Positions 35,763 to 47,130 of a stretch of 64,000 nucleotides of DNA are shown one piece after another. The notes beneath the pieces were generated by a model. That model saw nothing but the letters and a program-made list of their open reading frames with translations, had not been told where the DNA came from and made no database searches. The position numbers were made by a program, and so were the translations under genes. The DNA is taken from positions 434,001 through 498,000 of the forward strand of contig NW_021832432.1 of the NCBI RefSeq assembly GCF_006345805.1, in the 5' to 3' direction. Source of the stretch: Octopus sinensis. Taxonomy: Eukaryota. Position 1 is the stretch's first letter; every line of letters begins with the position of its first letter.

Positions 35763-36050
35763 GCTTATTCTTCACACACATACACAAACACACACACACA
35801 TAAACAAAACCTAAAATAGCTGCCTGTGATCTGCTGTAAAATTATTTTGTCTAATTTCAAGGAGACATTATATGAAAATACATAAAAAAAAAAAACCCTA
35901 AAAGAACTAAAGAATTAATGATTTTAAACTCTGAAACTGAGTGTGTGTTTTTATTTGCTTTGCATGTTTTTCAATTCATGTTGTTTCAATAAGTGTCATC
36001 ATCATCATCATCATCATTGTCATCATCGTCGTCGTCGTCATCATCATCAT

Positions 36051-36463
36051 ACTCTCTTTTACTCTCTTTTACTTGTTTCAGTCATTTGACTGCAGCCATG
36101 CTGGAGCACCGCCTTTAGTCGAGCAAATCGACCCCAGGACTTATTCTTTGTAAGCCCAGTACTTATTCTATCGGTCCCTCTTTTGCTGAACCGCTAAGTG
36201 ACGGGGACGTAAACACACCAGCATCGGTTGTCAAGCAATGCTAGGGGGACAAACACAGACACACAAACACACACACACACACACATATACATTTATATAC
36301 GACAGGCTTCTTTCAGTTTCCGTTTACCAAATCCACTCACAAGGCATTGGTCGGCCCGGGGCTATAGCAGAAGACACTTGCCCAAGATGCCACGCAGTGG
36401 GACTGAACCCGGAACCATGTGGTTGGTTAGCAAGCTACTTACCACACAGCCACTCCTGCGCCT
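36051..36463 (-). mobile_element. Family A SINE, full length, young (CpGs retained)
   Basis: Best-preserved family A copy, head ggcgcaggagtggctgtgtggtaagtagcttgc. Confidence 0.9.
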
Positions 36464-37114
36464 CATCATCATCATTTTTCAACTTCCAAGTTTCATGTTG
36501 GCATGGGTCAAACAGTTGACAAGATCTGATTGTTGCAAGGACTGCATCATATTCCAATGTCTGCTTCGGTATAGTTTCTATAGCTGGATGCCCTTCCTAA
36601 TGCCAACCACTTTACAGTATGTACTAGGTGCTCTTTTTTGATGCCACCAGCACCACTAGTGAGGTATCCATGAAGCGTGCAAGATCAGAAACCCTACGTG
36701 AGTTGGTGGTTTCCACCTTATGATAGGAGATGAGGAGGAGAGTGTAGATCAGAGAATTTACATGCTACTCACATTTAGAAGGGAGGGTTAGGGTTGGGGA
36801 GAAAGATCAATAGGAACTGCAAAATTAATATTTGTCTTATTGTTCCATTTAGTTTTATGAGAGAACTTATCCAGATGAAAGGCTTATCATCAAAGGCATT
36901 CCAGCCATGACTTCTTAGGAGACCCAGGGCTATATTAGCCAGTGTATTCTGCTCTAAGACAGTGAGGTGTGATTTGAGGGGGATATGGTTCTTATTTCTC
37001 ACAGGTTGTACGACCATGTTGGACCTCTCTACTGTTTTTCTCCAGATCAGCTTTAACTGAACAGATCTATGCTCAGATGTTTCAAATATATGTTCATATA
37101 TAATATAGTTCCAT

Positions 37115-37420
37115 CATCATCATCATCATCATCATCATCGTTTAATGTCCACTTTCCATGCTGGCATGAGTTGGATGATTTGACTGGGGACTGGTGAGCC
37201 AGATGGCTGCACCAGGCTCCAATCTGATCTGGCAGAGTTTCTACAGCTGGATGCCCTTCCTAACGCCAACCACTCAAAGAGTGTAGTGGGTGCTTTTACA
37301 TGCCACCAGTACGAGGGCCAGTCAAGCGGTACTAGCAATGGCCACGCTCAAATGGTGTTTTTACGTGTCACCTGCACAGGAGCCAGTCCAGCAGCACTGG
37401 CAATGCCCTTGCTTGAATGT
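37115..37420 (-). mobile_element. Family D element
   Basis: (ATC)n then gtttaatgtccactttccatgctggcatg..ggatgcccttcctaacgccaacc. Further copies at 39808-40150 and 40310-40550. Confidence 0.8.
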
Positions 37421-38029
37421 TGTTTTCCAGATATACAATAGTGTATCTGAAACTTCATTATCCTAGTTATTCACTTTATGTTAAAGATGGCATAGTGTTG
37501 TTTAGAGGAAGACTTGGTTGCTATTTCTGCAGAATGTGAAACTGCATAGAGACCTCCTTATGGGCTCATAGAATGGATGGTTTTTGCATATTGCTGGAGT
37601 GTTTTTGATATCTGTATACTCTCTCGTCCACAAAATATGATCTATGTAGACTGAAATAAGCATAGCTATGTGACTTGACTTTGGAACACAATACAAATAA
37701 CTATAGTAAAGCTTGATTCCGTATGGCCAATAGTCCAACACTTCCATTTCAGTGGACCCTGGACCCCTGTTATCAAAAACCAGCTATTGCTATCACAACA
37801 AATAAATTAACAAAGCAAGTAGTTGTTTTGGTTGCAAATGAGCATCATTGTGATACACGTGGCATTGTTCATTTCCAGTCATCAGTGAAAAACATAGCTA
37901 GCTATAGGAAAATATTACCTTCCTTGGAAACAGGTGAGTGTTGGTGACAGAAAGGGCACCCAGCCTTGGAAAATCTGCTTTAGTAAATTCTATCTGATCC
38001 ATGCAAGAATGTGAAAAAGAGTAAGTTAA

Positions 38030-38234
38030 CCCTTTTGATACCAACTCGTCTCAGTCTGCTCATGATTCTACCTTTCTGTTTTAAAGGGGTCTAAATTGAG
38101 AACTTTCATTAAAATTTCGAGTTAATTTGTGTTCCAAAAACCAGTTTAATAATAATCATGTTATTTTACTAAATTCTTCATTATTTAAAAATTAATTGAA
38201 ACAAAGGGCTGTAACAAATATGGTAACGAAAGGG
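38030..38234. mobile_element. piggyBac-type MITE (second family)
   Basis: TTAA flanks, ends cccttttgatacc / ggtaacgaaaggg. Confidence 0.78.
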
Positions 38235-38258
38235 TTAAATAATGATGATGACTATATA

Positions 38259-39413
38259 TTGGGTTGGCAACTAAGTTCCCGCTGTTTTTTTTGAATTTCA
38301 ATTTTTTAAAAAGTTCAATGAAAAATAACTAATTAATCAATAAAGTATTCATCCATGTTGTTTATAACTTCTTCCCAACGTTCAACAAGATTTTCAATAC
38401 CTCGTTGGTAGAAATCACTCGATTTCGACTTCAAAAATTGATCCAACCAAACTCTCAATTCTGCATCAGTATTGAAAGAAACTCCATGCGTAGCATTTGA
38501 AAGAGGTGGAAATCCATTGGTGCCAGATCAGGAGAGTACGGCAGGTGTGGCAGCACTTCCCAGCCATGCATTTGAATGGCTTCCTTGGTCATATTGGCGA
38601 TATGAGGGCAGGTGTTGTCATGTAGCAGAAGAACTCCATGCTGCTGATTAGGTCTTTTCTCATACGTACAACATCGTTTTACGCAAATGAAGATCTTGTT
38701 TCACGTGCGGTGTCGCTTGTTTACCAGGGCTAAGCCATTCCTTATGCTGCTTCATATTGATGTACAGGCACCATTTTTCGTCACCAGTAACGATTTGATA
38801 AAGAAATCGTTGCTTGTGTCCATGAGTTGAGTGGTGATGAGCAAGCAAACCAGTGGATATTGTGGCTTGTTGATTTTTGTTGTCACTTAAAGCATGCGGA
38901 GCATATGCTCCATACTTCTGAACCTTTCCCATCAAGTGAAGATGCTTCTTTATAGCAGTGTGGGAGCATTCCATTTTCTCTGCCAGTTACCTTGTCATTT
39001 GATGAGAATTTTTGTGCAAAAGTTGGTTTAATCGCTCTTCATCGAACTCAACTGGACAGCCAGAATGAGGTGCATCTTTGAGGTCAAAATTTCCATTTTT
39101 GAACTTGGCATACCAATCACAAGCGATTCTTTCAGCTATGGGACCCTCTCCATACACAGCACAAATGTCACAAGCAGCTTTTGCAGCATTAGAACTTTGA
39201 TTAAAAGCAAAAAGAAAGAGATGTTGAAAATGCTCGTTTTTCTTAACTTGACATTCCATTTTAATGATCTGAAAATAAACAAAAATTAACTAGAATTAAC
39301 TAGAAAAAAAAAAAAGCTAAATAGATTCCAAAATGATTCAAAAATAGAATTCTCGTAAAAAATAGATTCCAAAATTAAAAAAAAAAACAGCGGGAACTTA
39401 GCTGCCAACCCAA
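38259..39413 (-). mobile_element. mariner (DD34D) transposon, internally deleted and frameshifted
   Basis: TIRs ttgggttggcaactaagttcccgctgttttttt and aaaaaaacagcgggaacttagctgccaacccaa with TA flanks. IVTGDEKW, then HDN followed by 34 residues and D in YSPDLAPMDFHLF. Roughly 50 codons are missing between MLYV and KRP. Confidence 0.95.
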
Positions 39414-40241
39414 TATATATAGTTCAGTTGTTGGGATTTCACTCAATAGATTTGTGGGTATTCCGTTTCAGATAATGCAAAAAGAACAAGTATTTATGAA
39501 GAATCAAGAAATAACACTTGAGGATAAAACCAGTACAATAGCAGGGTATAAAATTATTAATTTCTATTATTATATATATTGTATATTTCTATATAGATAT
39601 ATTATAATCATGACCCCACTGCACAATATGCTGATGTGGAAGACACGGTATATATTCTCCATAATAAAATGCATGTAATGCTAAAGGGTGTGTACCTGAT
39701 CAATTTGGAAATTCGTTTTTTCCACATTATTCAAATAAATATGTGTATATATACACACACACACACACATGATACACATATATATATATATATGCATAAT
39801 ATGATATATCATCATCATTTAACATCCGTTGTCCATGCTGACATGGGTTAAATGGCTTGATCAAGGCTGCACCAGGCTCCAGTCTGATTTTGGCATGGTT
39901 TCTATGGCTGGATGCCCTTCCTCACGCCAACCACTCTGAGAGTGTAATGGGTGCTTTTACATACCACTGGCATGGGTGCACTTTGTGTGACACCAGTATC
40001 TGGGTCTTCTTTACAAGCATGACATAATGCCAAGGTCTTGGTCATTCATCATTTCCTCTGTGGCTGCCCAACACTCAAAAGGAGCTTTTCACATGCCACT
40101 GGCCACTTTGTCTTTGTGACGTCCAGTACTTGAAAAGTGTTTTTATGTGCCAGTTAAGTGACACCATTATGTATATACCTAATAATATATATGTATATAT
40201 ATATACATAATATGATATATATATGTATATATATAAATATA

Positions 40242-40314
<73 letters not shown>

Positions 40315-41687
40315 CATCATCATCATCGTCTAACGTCCGCTTTCCATGCTGGCATGGGTTGGACGATTTGACTGAGGACTGGTGAACCAGATGGCTGCAC
40401 CAGGCTCCAATCTGATCTGGCAGAGTTTCTACAACTTCCTAACGCCTACAACCCTTCCTAACGCCAACCACTCCGAGAGTGTAGTGGGTGCTTTTATGTG
40501 CCACTGGCATGAGGGCCAGTCAGGCGGTACTGGCAACGGCCACACTCAAATTAAGTACCAGTTATTTCCTGGGGTTGATGTAATTGACTTAATCCTTTTG
40601 TCTGTCCTTGTTTGTCCCCTCTATGTTTAGCCCCTTGTGGGCAATAAAGAAATTTAAAAAATCTACTTTTGTCTTTTGTATTTTATCACTAAAACTTTTT
40701 ATTCTTTAAAGATTTCAATCATTGTTTACCTTTTCACTTACCAACCCTTTTATTTCAAGCAGGTGTAGCAAATCTTCTGCTTTAACCATTCCTCATCATA
40801 TTTATAACTGCCACATGCCTTTCCTATCACCAACCCTTACTTGTTTCCAGGTAATGTGTCTCTGTGGCCAAACATGTTTTCATGGCAGATTGGAAGTTAA
40901 TGATACTTCTTGTATCATGTGATGCTGAGACAAGGAGCCACAAATGCACACACACACACAAAATTCCGTGCAGCACGGAATTTTGTCAGTGAACAGGTCG
41001 CAGTTTCAAAGCGATGAAAATATTTTGACAAATTAAATTTAAATGTTGAAGTGAATCTAACAGATTTTGTGTGTTTCTTAAATGGCTTATAAACACCTTC
41101 CACGGTGCAATTGTTTTTGTTCCAGCACACAATCTCAGATCAAGTCACTTGCTATGCATGTACATCTCCGTAATATATATATATATTTTGTGTGTGTGTG
41201 TGTTTAGCAAGAATGCCTTTCTGTGCAGTAGGATAATTCCAAATTTGGTCTAATCCTTTACAGTTGATCAGCAACTATTATATTCTTTGACTATACAGAT
41301 TTTTAAGACTACAGGTCAAAGAAAATTTCCTTTGCCCAAGTTTATAATGTATTACATAGAAGTATGCTACAATTTTGTATTACAGTGCTTAGATACAGTT
41401 CTTTACGTTCTGAATTCAAATCCTGCCTAAGTCAACTTTGCTCATCCTTCCAGAGCTGAGAGAAAAAATACTAGTCAAACGCTAGATGAAGTGGGATTAT
41501 CAATCTAATCAACTACACATCTCCATCAAATTTGAGGCTTCCACCTATATTAGAGATCATTATCTTCCCAACATCCACTTTTCCATGCTTGCATGGGTTC
41601 AGATGGAATTTGCTGAGGTAGATTTTCTATGGATGGATGCTGTCTCCTATCATCAACTCTCACATGTTTCTAAGCACAGTGATATAT

Positions 41688-42071
41688 GTGGAAGCACTCC
41701 ATCGGTTACGATGACGAGGGTTCTGGTTGATCCGAATCAACGGAACAGCCTGCTCGTGAAATTAACGTGTAAGTGGCTGAGCACTCCACAGACACGTGTA
41801 CCCTTAATGTAGCTCTCGGGGATATTCAGCGTGACACAGAGAGTGACAAGGCCGGCCCTTTGAAATACAGGTACAACAGAAACAGGAAGTAAGAGTGAGA
41901 GTAAGTTGTGGTGAAAAAGTACAGCAGGGATCACTACCATCCCCTGCCAGAGCCTCGTTGAGCTTTAGGTGTTTTCGCTCAATAAACACAACGCCCGGTC
42001 TGGGAATCGAAATCGCGAACCTATGACCGCGAGTCCGCTGCCCTAACCACTAGGCCATTGCGCCTCCACGC
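41688..42071 (-). mobile_element. Family B SINE, young, with TSD
   Basis: 13-bp TSD cacagtgatatat (41675-41687 and 42072-42084). Confidence 0.92.
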
Positions 42072-42194
42072 CACAGTGATATATACCATTAGCTAGATAC
42101 ATGTTTTTCATGGAAGTTTGGAAACAAACACTCTCGTTTGTGTGATGGTGATACTCATTTACAACCATTGCATGGTGCGAAGACAGATTACATG

Positions 42195-43080
42195 TATGTC
42201 GTCTGATCAATAAGTATCCAGACTGTTACCATAGTAACAAAGCTAAAGCATGCAGAGTAAAGCTGCTTGGCACAGATTGACCTTGAACTCTGCTGTGCAT
42301 GCACATTAAGTTTTAACATTCTAGCTCACTTCCACTGTTTGCAGCAGTGCTTGGAAGGAAGGTGTGTAGTGTGTGATCATATTAACCATGACAAAGTTGA
42401 GCAGAGAATCTGCATCAAATTTTGCCAAAAACTTGGCAATACCTGCTCAGAGGCCTACACAAAATTTTCAAAAGGTTTTCATTGTTCTTGACACAATTAA
42501 GATCTTGAGCAACTGAAACACAAGTGTCCTTTTGCTCAGCTGAAAGCAGTTTTGGCACAAACTTGGCAAACATGCATCTCATACCCAAATCTTCAGTGAT
42601 AATGGACTGAACCGAACCATAACTAATCTGCACATCCTCTGGTAACTCACAGATGGTGATTCAACAATTTCCCCTCATAGCTGCATGCACATCTGCAATG
42701 TTTTTTCTAAGTTCTACTGGTTGCGGGTCTTCCAGAATGTTCGTCAATATCGATATTTTTCGGCCATCTTGGAAACGTTTGAACTACTTGTACACTTGTG
42801 TGTGGCTCATACACTCCACTCCATACACTTTCTGCAGTTTTGTGTAGGCCTCTGAGCAGGTATTGCCATGATAACTTCCTCTGTCATGGTCAATGCGACG
42901 ATCACATGCTACACACGTTCCTTCCAAGTACTGCTGTAAACAGTGAAAGTGAGCTAGAATGTTAAAACTTAGTGCACATGCATAGCAGAGTTCAAGGTCA
43001 ATCTTTGCCAAGCGGCTTTACTCTGTGTGCTTTAACTTCGTTACTATGGCAATAGTTTGGATACTTACTGATACTTGTAT
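42195..43080. mobile_element. Rearranged mariner with its 5' end duplicated in inverted orientation
   Basis: About 250-270-bp arms (42195-42470 and 42833-43080). The middle encodes, on minus, YTKLQKVYGVECMSHTQVYK..ISYGSVQSIITEDLGMRCMFAKFVPKLL. Confidence 0.85.
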
Positions 43081-43130
43081 ATATATATATAATATATATA
43101 TATATATGTATGTATATATATATACATATA

Positions 43131-43758
43131 TCATCATCATCATCATCGTCGTTGTCATGCTCGGATGTGCTTTTAACGTTCCACTGGCACGAGTGCCAAT
43201 CAAGCAGTACTGTCATCGGCCATGTCAGCGATTTTGATTTTGATTTCACTTGCCTCAACAGGTCTTTGCAAGCAAAGTTTATTGTCCAGTGAATGAGGGG
43301 TACTCATAAGTGAACTGGTTACACCCACTGGCATAAGCCATGGGTTATGGTCTCACCTTTTCAGGTCTTCTTAAGCACAGCATATTTCCAAAGGTCTTAG
43401 TCACTAGTCATTGCCTCGGTAAGGCCTAATGTTCAAAGGTCGTGCTTCACCACCTCATCCTAGGTCTACCTCTACCACAAATTCCCTCAACTGCTAGGGT
43501 GTGACATTTTTTCACACAGCTGTCCTCATTCATTCACAACACGAGCATACCAGCGCAGTAGTCTCTCTTGCACACTACATCTGATGCTTCTTAGATCCAA
43601 CTTTTCTCTCAGGGTGCTTACACTCTGTTGTGTATGCATATTGACATTACACATCCAGTGGAGCATGCTGGCTTCATTCCTTGCAAGCTTACGCATGTTC
43701 TAAGCAGTCACAGCCCACGTTTCACTGCCATGTAGCATGGCTGTTTGCACACATGCAT
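43131..43758 (-). mobile_element. RTE-clade LINE 3' fragment
   Basis: DACVQTAMLHGSETWAVTA..MRKL.RNEASML.WMCNV..LREKL..RSIRC.VQER.LRWY..EG.CGRGRP, then a 3' UTR with a gtgccagtgg unit and a (GAT)n tail. Confidence 0.85.
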
Positions 43759-43759
43759 C

Positions 43760-43940
43760 ATAGAATAAGAAGCATCCAGCACACTCCAGAAAGTGGTTGG
43801 CATTTGAAAGAGCATCCAGCGATAGAAAACATGCCAAATCATACTGGAGTCTGGTGCAGTTCCCCTGCTTACTAGCTCTGGTCAAACCATCCAACCCATT
43901 CAGGCATGGACAACAGACATTAAATGATGATGATGATGAT
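43760..43940 (+). mobile_element. Family D / RTE 3' tail
   Basis: gtggttggcatt..gcatccagc..caaaccatccaacccat..gcatggacaac..taaatgatgatgatg. Confidence 0.75.
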
Positions 43941-44934
43941 GATATATATGATAGGCTTCTTTCAGTTTCTGTCTGCCACTTCCAGTCACAAACTTTGGTT
44001 GGCCCAAGACTATAGTAGAAGCTACTTGCCTTAGGTGCAGCACAGTGAGACAGAATCTGAAAGCACATGATTGGGAAGCAATTTTCTTAACCAAACACCT
44101 ACACCTAGGATACTTTGTCTGTGGAAAAGATACTAGAATTCCTTGTATCAAAGGTGAACTAGGGAAAAAAAACAAGCAAGTTGAGAAAAATTTAGATAAC
44201 CAACAAAAACAAAATATGTTCATTAAAATAATTTATTTAAATTTACATAAATAATATCACAAGAATAGAATTTTGTCCTAAAGCATATTACACCTCATTA
44301 ATATCAAAGTCTTACCATCCAGTCCTTGTTCACAATTTTCACCATTGTAAAATCTAAGGCATTGGTGACTTTTATTCTTTATTCATACAAGATACAAATG
44401 ACAATTATCTTGACAAATGATGGCTTGAGTGTATATGTGTTCATCTAATCTTGAAGAGATGAAATAATGTTTTAATTTATTTATTTTATTTATCATAGAA
44501 TCTGACTCGACAGTGAATGGTAACACTTCTCACCTGCATAACTTTAATCTTACGCTAATTACATTGAAATTTATTTATATTTCTTTTGATACAAAATTAG
44601 ACTAAAGTGTCAACTTAAGATAATAATATCTCAGACAATTGAGAGGAAATATCAAGGACTAGAGATATGTGATACATGTCTAGGGTTTTCAAAATTTAAA
44701 CCAAATGTGAAAAAAAAAAACAACGCAAAATCTTATTTAAAAAAATAAATACATATAAGCAAAATCCTTGATACAGTACTCTCTCTTCTTTCATTATATG
44801 ATTTCTTCTTCTGTAATAAAGGCAAAGCTTATCTTCCTTTTAATGTTACTTCATTGAATAGGCTATCGAAATTCAAATAAGCATCAAAATAATTATACAT
44901 ATTTGAATATTGTCTTTTTTTAAACTCTGTAGAG

Positions 44935-45102
44935 CAGTGCTCTGCAGACTGATCTGCTATGAGATGATGCTAGGTGTGCTGCAGTGTAACCTGAATATAA
45001 TTTTTTCCCTCATACTTTTAGTTATATTTTCAGTTCAGGTGTGCCATTGAATTTTGAAAAGAATATAAGTGTACCGCAGGTAAAAAAGTTTGTGGAGCAC
45101 TG
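44935..45102. mobile_element. hAT-type MITE
   Basis: Perfect 8-bp TSD ctgtagag (44927-44934 and 45103-45110), TIR cagtgctc / gagcactg. Confidence 0.85.
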
Positions 45103-45285
45103 CTGTAGAGCAATGGTGCTCTTTATTTTTTACTTTGCTATACATTGTTTAAAAAAAAAAAAAAAAAAGACAGATACTGGAGCATTTTTGTATGGAAAAT
45201 GAAAGCAATGAAAAATAACTATGATGTAAAGTTAAAAATTTAGGAAAACCAATACAAAAATCTAGTACTTGGCTTGTTTCATTAA

Positions 45286-46007
45286 CCCTTTTTCATACTA
45301 ACTTGTCTGAGACTCATCCTATGACACAAGCTTCAAATTTTAAACAGATTTGAATTAGAATTATCCACCAGTATTTCATGTTAATTTATGTACCAAACAC
45401 CTATCTAATCTCACAGTTAATTTACTATACTTTTCATTATTTTCAAAGTTAACTGAAACAAAACAAGTGTATTTCAACAGAAATTTAGCAGCAAAATGGT
45501 TACTCATATTTGGACATAACAAAATTAGGAATAATGAAATTTCTAAAGGCTTAATTTATATTTTTAAATATTTGTAGGTCACTAAGATACCATATGCATT
45601 GCATCATTACATTAAGAATTACTGCTGTACGAAGAGTTACATCTATGATATCTGGGTGAATTTGATGAAATGTCTATGAAAACTGCTGAGTTTAAAACAA
45701 CTTTTTTTTCAATAGATAAAAGTTGAACTTCACCATTTTTTAAAATAAGAAGTCAATAAAGTAATGGGAGAAAGTGAAAACTATCCCCTCTGTTACCATA
45801 ACTCTGTCAACATATGCTGCTTTTGTTTCAATTAATTTTTAATTTAGTGAAGAATTTAGGAAAATAACTTGCTTATTTTTCAGCTGGGGTCTGGAACAAA
45901 TTAGCATAAAATTTTGATGGAAGATCATAATTTAGACCACTTTAAAACAGTATAAGTTTATGTCATAAAACCTGGGAATGGTCTCAAGTGAGTTGGTATG
46001 AAAAGGG
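45286..46007. mobile_element. Two piggyBac-type MITE copies in inverted orientation (45286-45500 and 45783-46007)
   Basis: Outer ends ttaa|ccctttttcatac and gtatgaaaaggg|ttaa. Both resemble 38030-38234. Confidence 0.65.
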
Positions 46008-46464
46008 TTAACTCATATCTAATATGTTTGGTTCTGTGGAACAGGAAAACAATAATCCTATCATAGGAATGTACTTATTTCTTAAGATAGTAGATTAAGG
46101 TAGTTGAGAAAAACCTTCCTTTTCGATAGACATGAAGAATGAGAAATAAAGTTTTAAAGCCAATGTGGTATGTGTCCATCACCTTCGCAACTATATATAA
46201 AATATAAATGAAATAAAAAGAATGTTGGAGAGGCTGTATGACATGCAAAAAAATATTCTACTTTTATTTTTTTTATATCATGGTTACCAAATTTCAGGAT
46301 GCATGATCCAAGCCAACAAGGATTAACTTTAGCTAATTAAGAGTGTATTATTAACACGTGTTTAGTAGTGTAAACAATATATTGTGTCTGTTAGTATCAT
46401 TAATCATCATATTAAGTTTACAATAAATATTTAATGCATTCGAAAATACATTCAACCATACAAA

Positions 46465-46843
46465 TGCAGGCATGGCTATGTGGTAAGAAGCTTGCTTCCC
46501 AACCACATGGGTCTGGGTTCAGTCCCACTGCATGACACCCTGACCAAAGCCTTGCGAGTGGACTTGGTAGACAGAAACTGAAAAAAGCCTGTCATATATA
46601 TATATATATATACATACATACATATGTATATACATATATACGTGTGTGTGTGTGTCCACCACCATCACTAGACAATTGATGCTGGTGTGTTTACATTCCT
46701 GTAACTTAGTGATTTGGTAAAAGAGACTGATAGAATAAGTACCAGGCTTTAAAAAAATAAGTACAGGGATTCATATGTTTAACTAAAATTTCAAGGCAGT
46801 GCCTTAGTATGGCCACAGTCAAATGATTGAAACAAGTAAAAGA
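46465..46843 (+). mobile_element. Family A SINE
   Basis: Family A head, central (TA)/(TG) microsatellite and tgattgaaacaagtaaaaga tail. Confidence 0.82.
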
Positions 46844-46865
46844 CATATATTCAAAACATGTTTTA

Positions 46866-47130
46866 TCTCTCTATATATAAAACTGAGAATGTGTGTCTGT
46901 CTGTGTGTTTCCCTAAAACTTGAAAACTACACAACCAATTTCATTCAAATTTTACACATGCCTTACTTAAGGTCCGGGGAGTGTCATCGGCAAAAAAAAT
47001 CTTAACTTATTCCCTAGGGCGACCCCACAGCAATATCATATCTTCTCCACTATTTCAGTATTACGTGTTAAAAGTGAAATAAAAACATTTCTCTTTTGTA
47101 ATGCAGACACTTTCACTTTAATACTACAAT
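46866..47130 (+). mobile_element. Helitron-like 5' fragment
   Basis: a|TCTCTCTATATATAAAACTG..tgtctgtctgtgtg start resembles the TC ends of the 34174 and 63346 elements. No CTAG end found. Confidence 0.45.

Noticed and set aside
35290-36153. Poly-Y, poly-L and poly-I ORFs
   Set aside because: They are trinucleotide microsatellites, not genes.
37502-37947. ORFs of 74-81 aa in unique sequence
   Set aside because: No recognisable motif and the nearest acceptor gives early stops in all frames.
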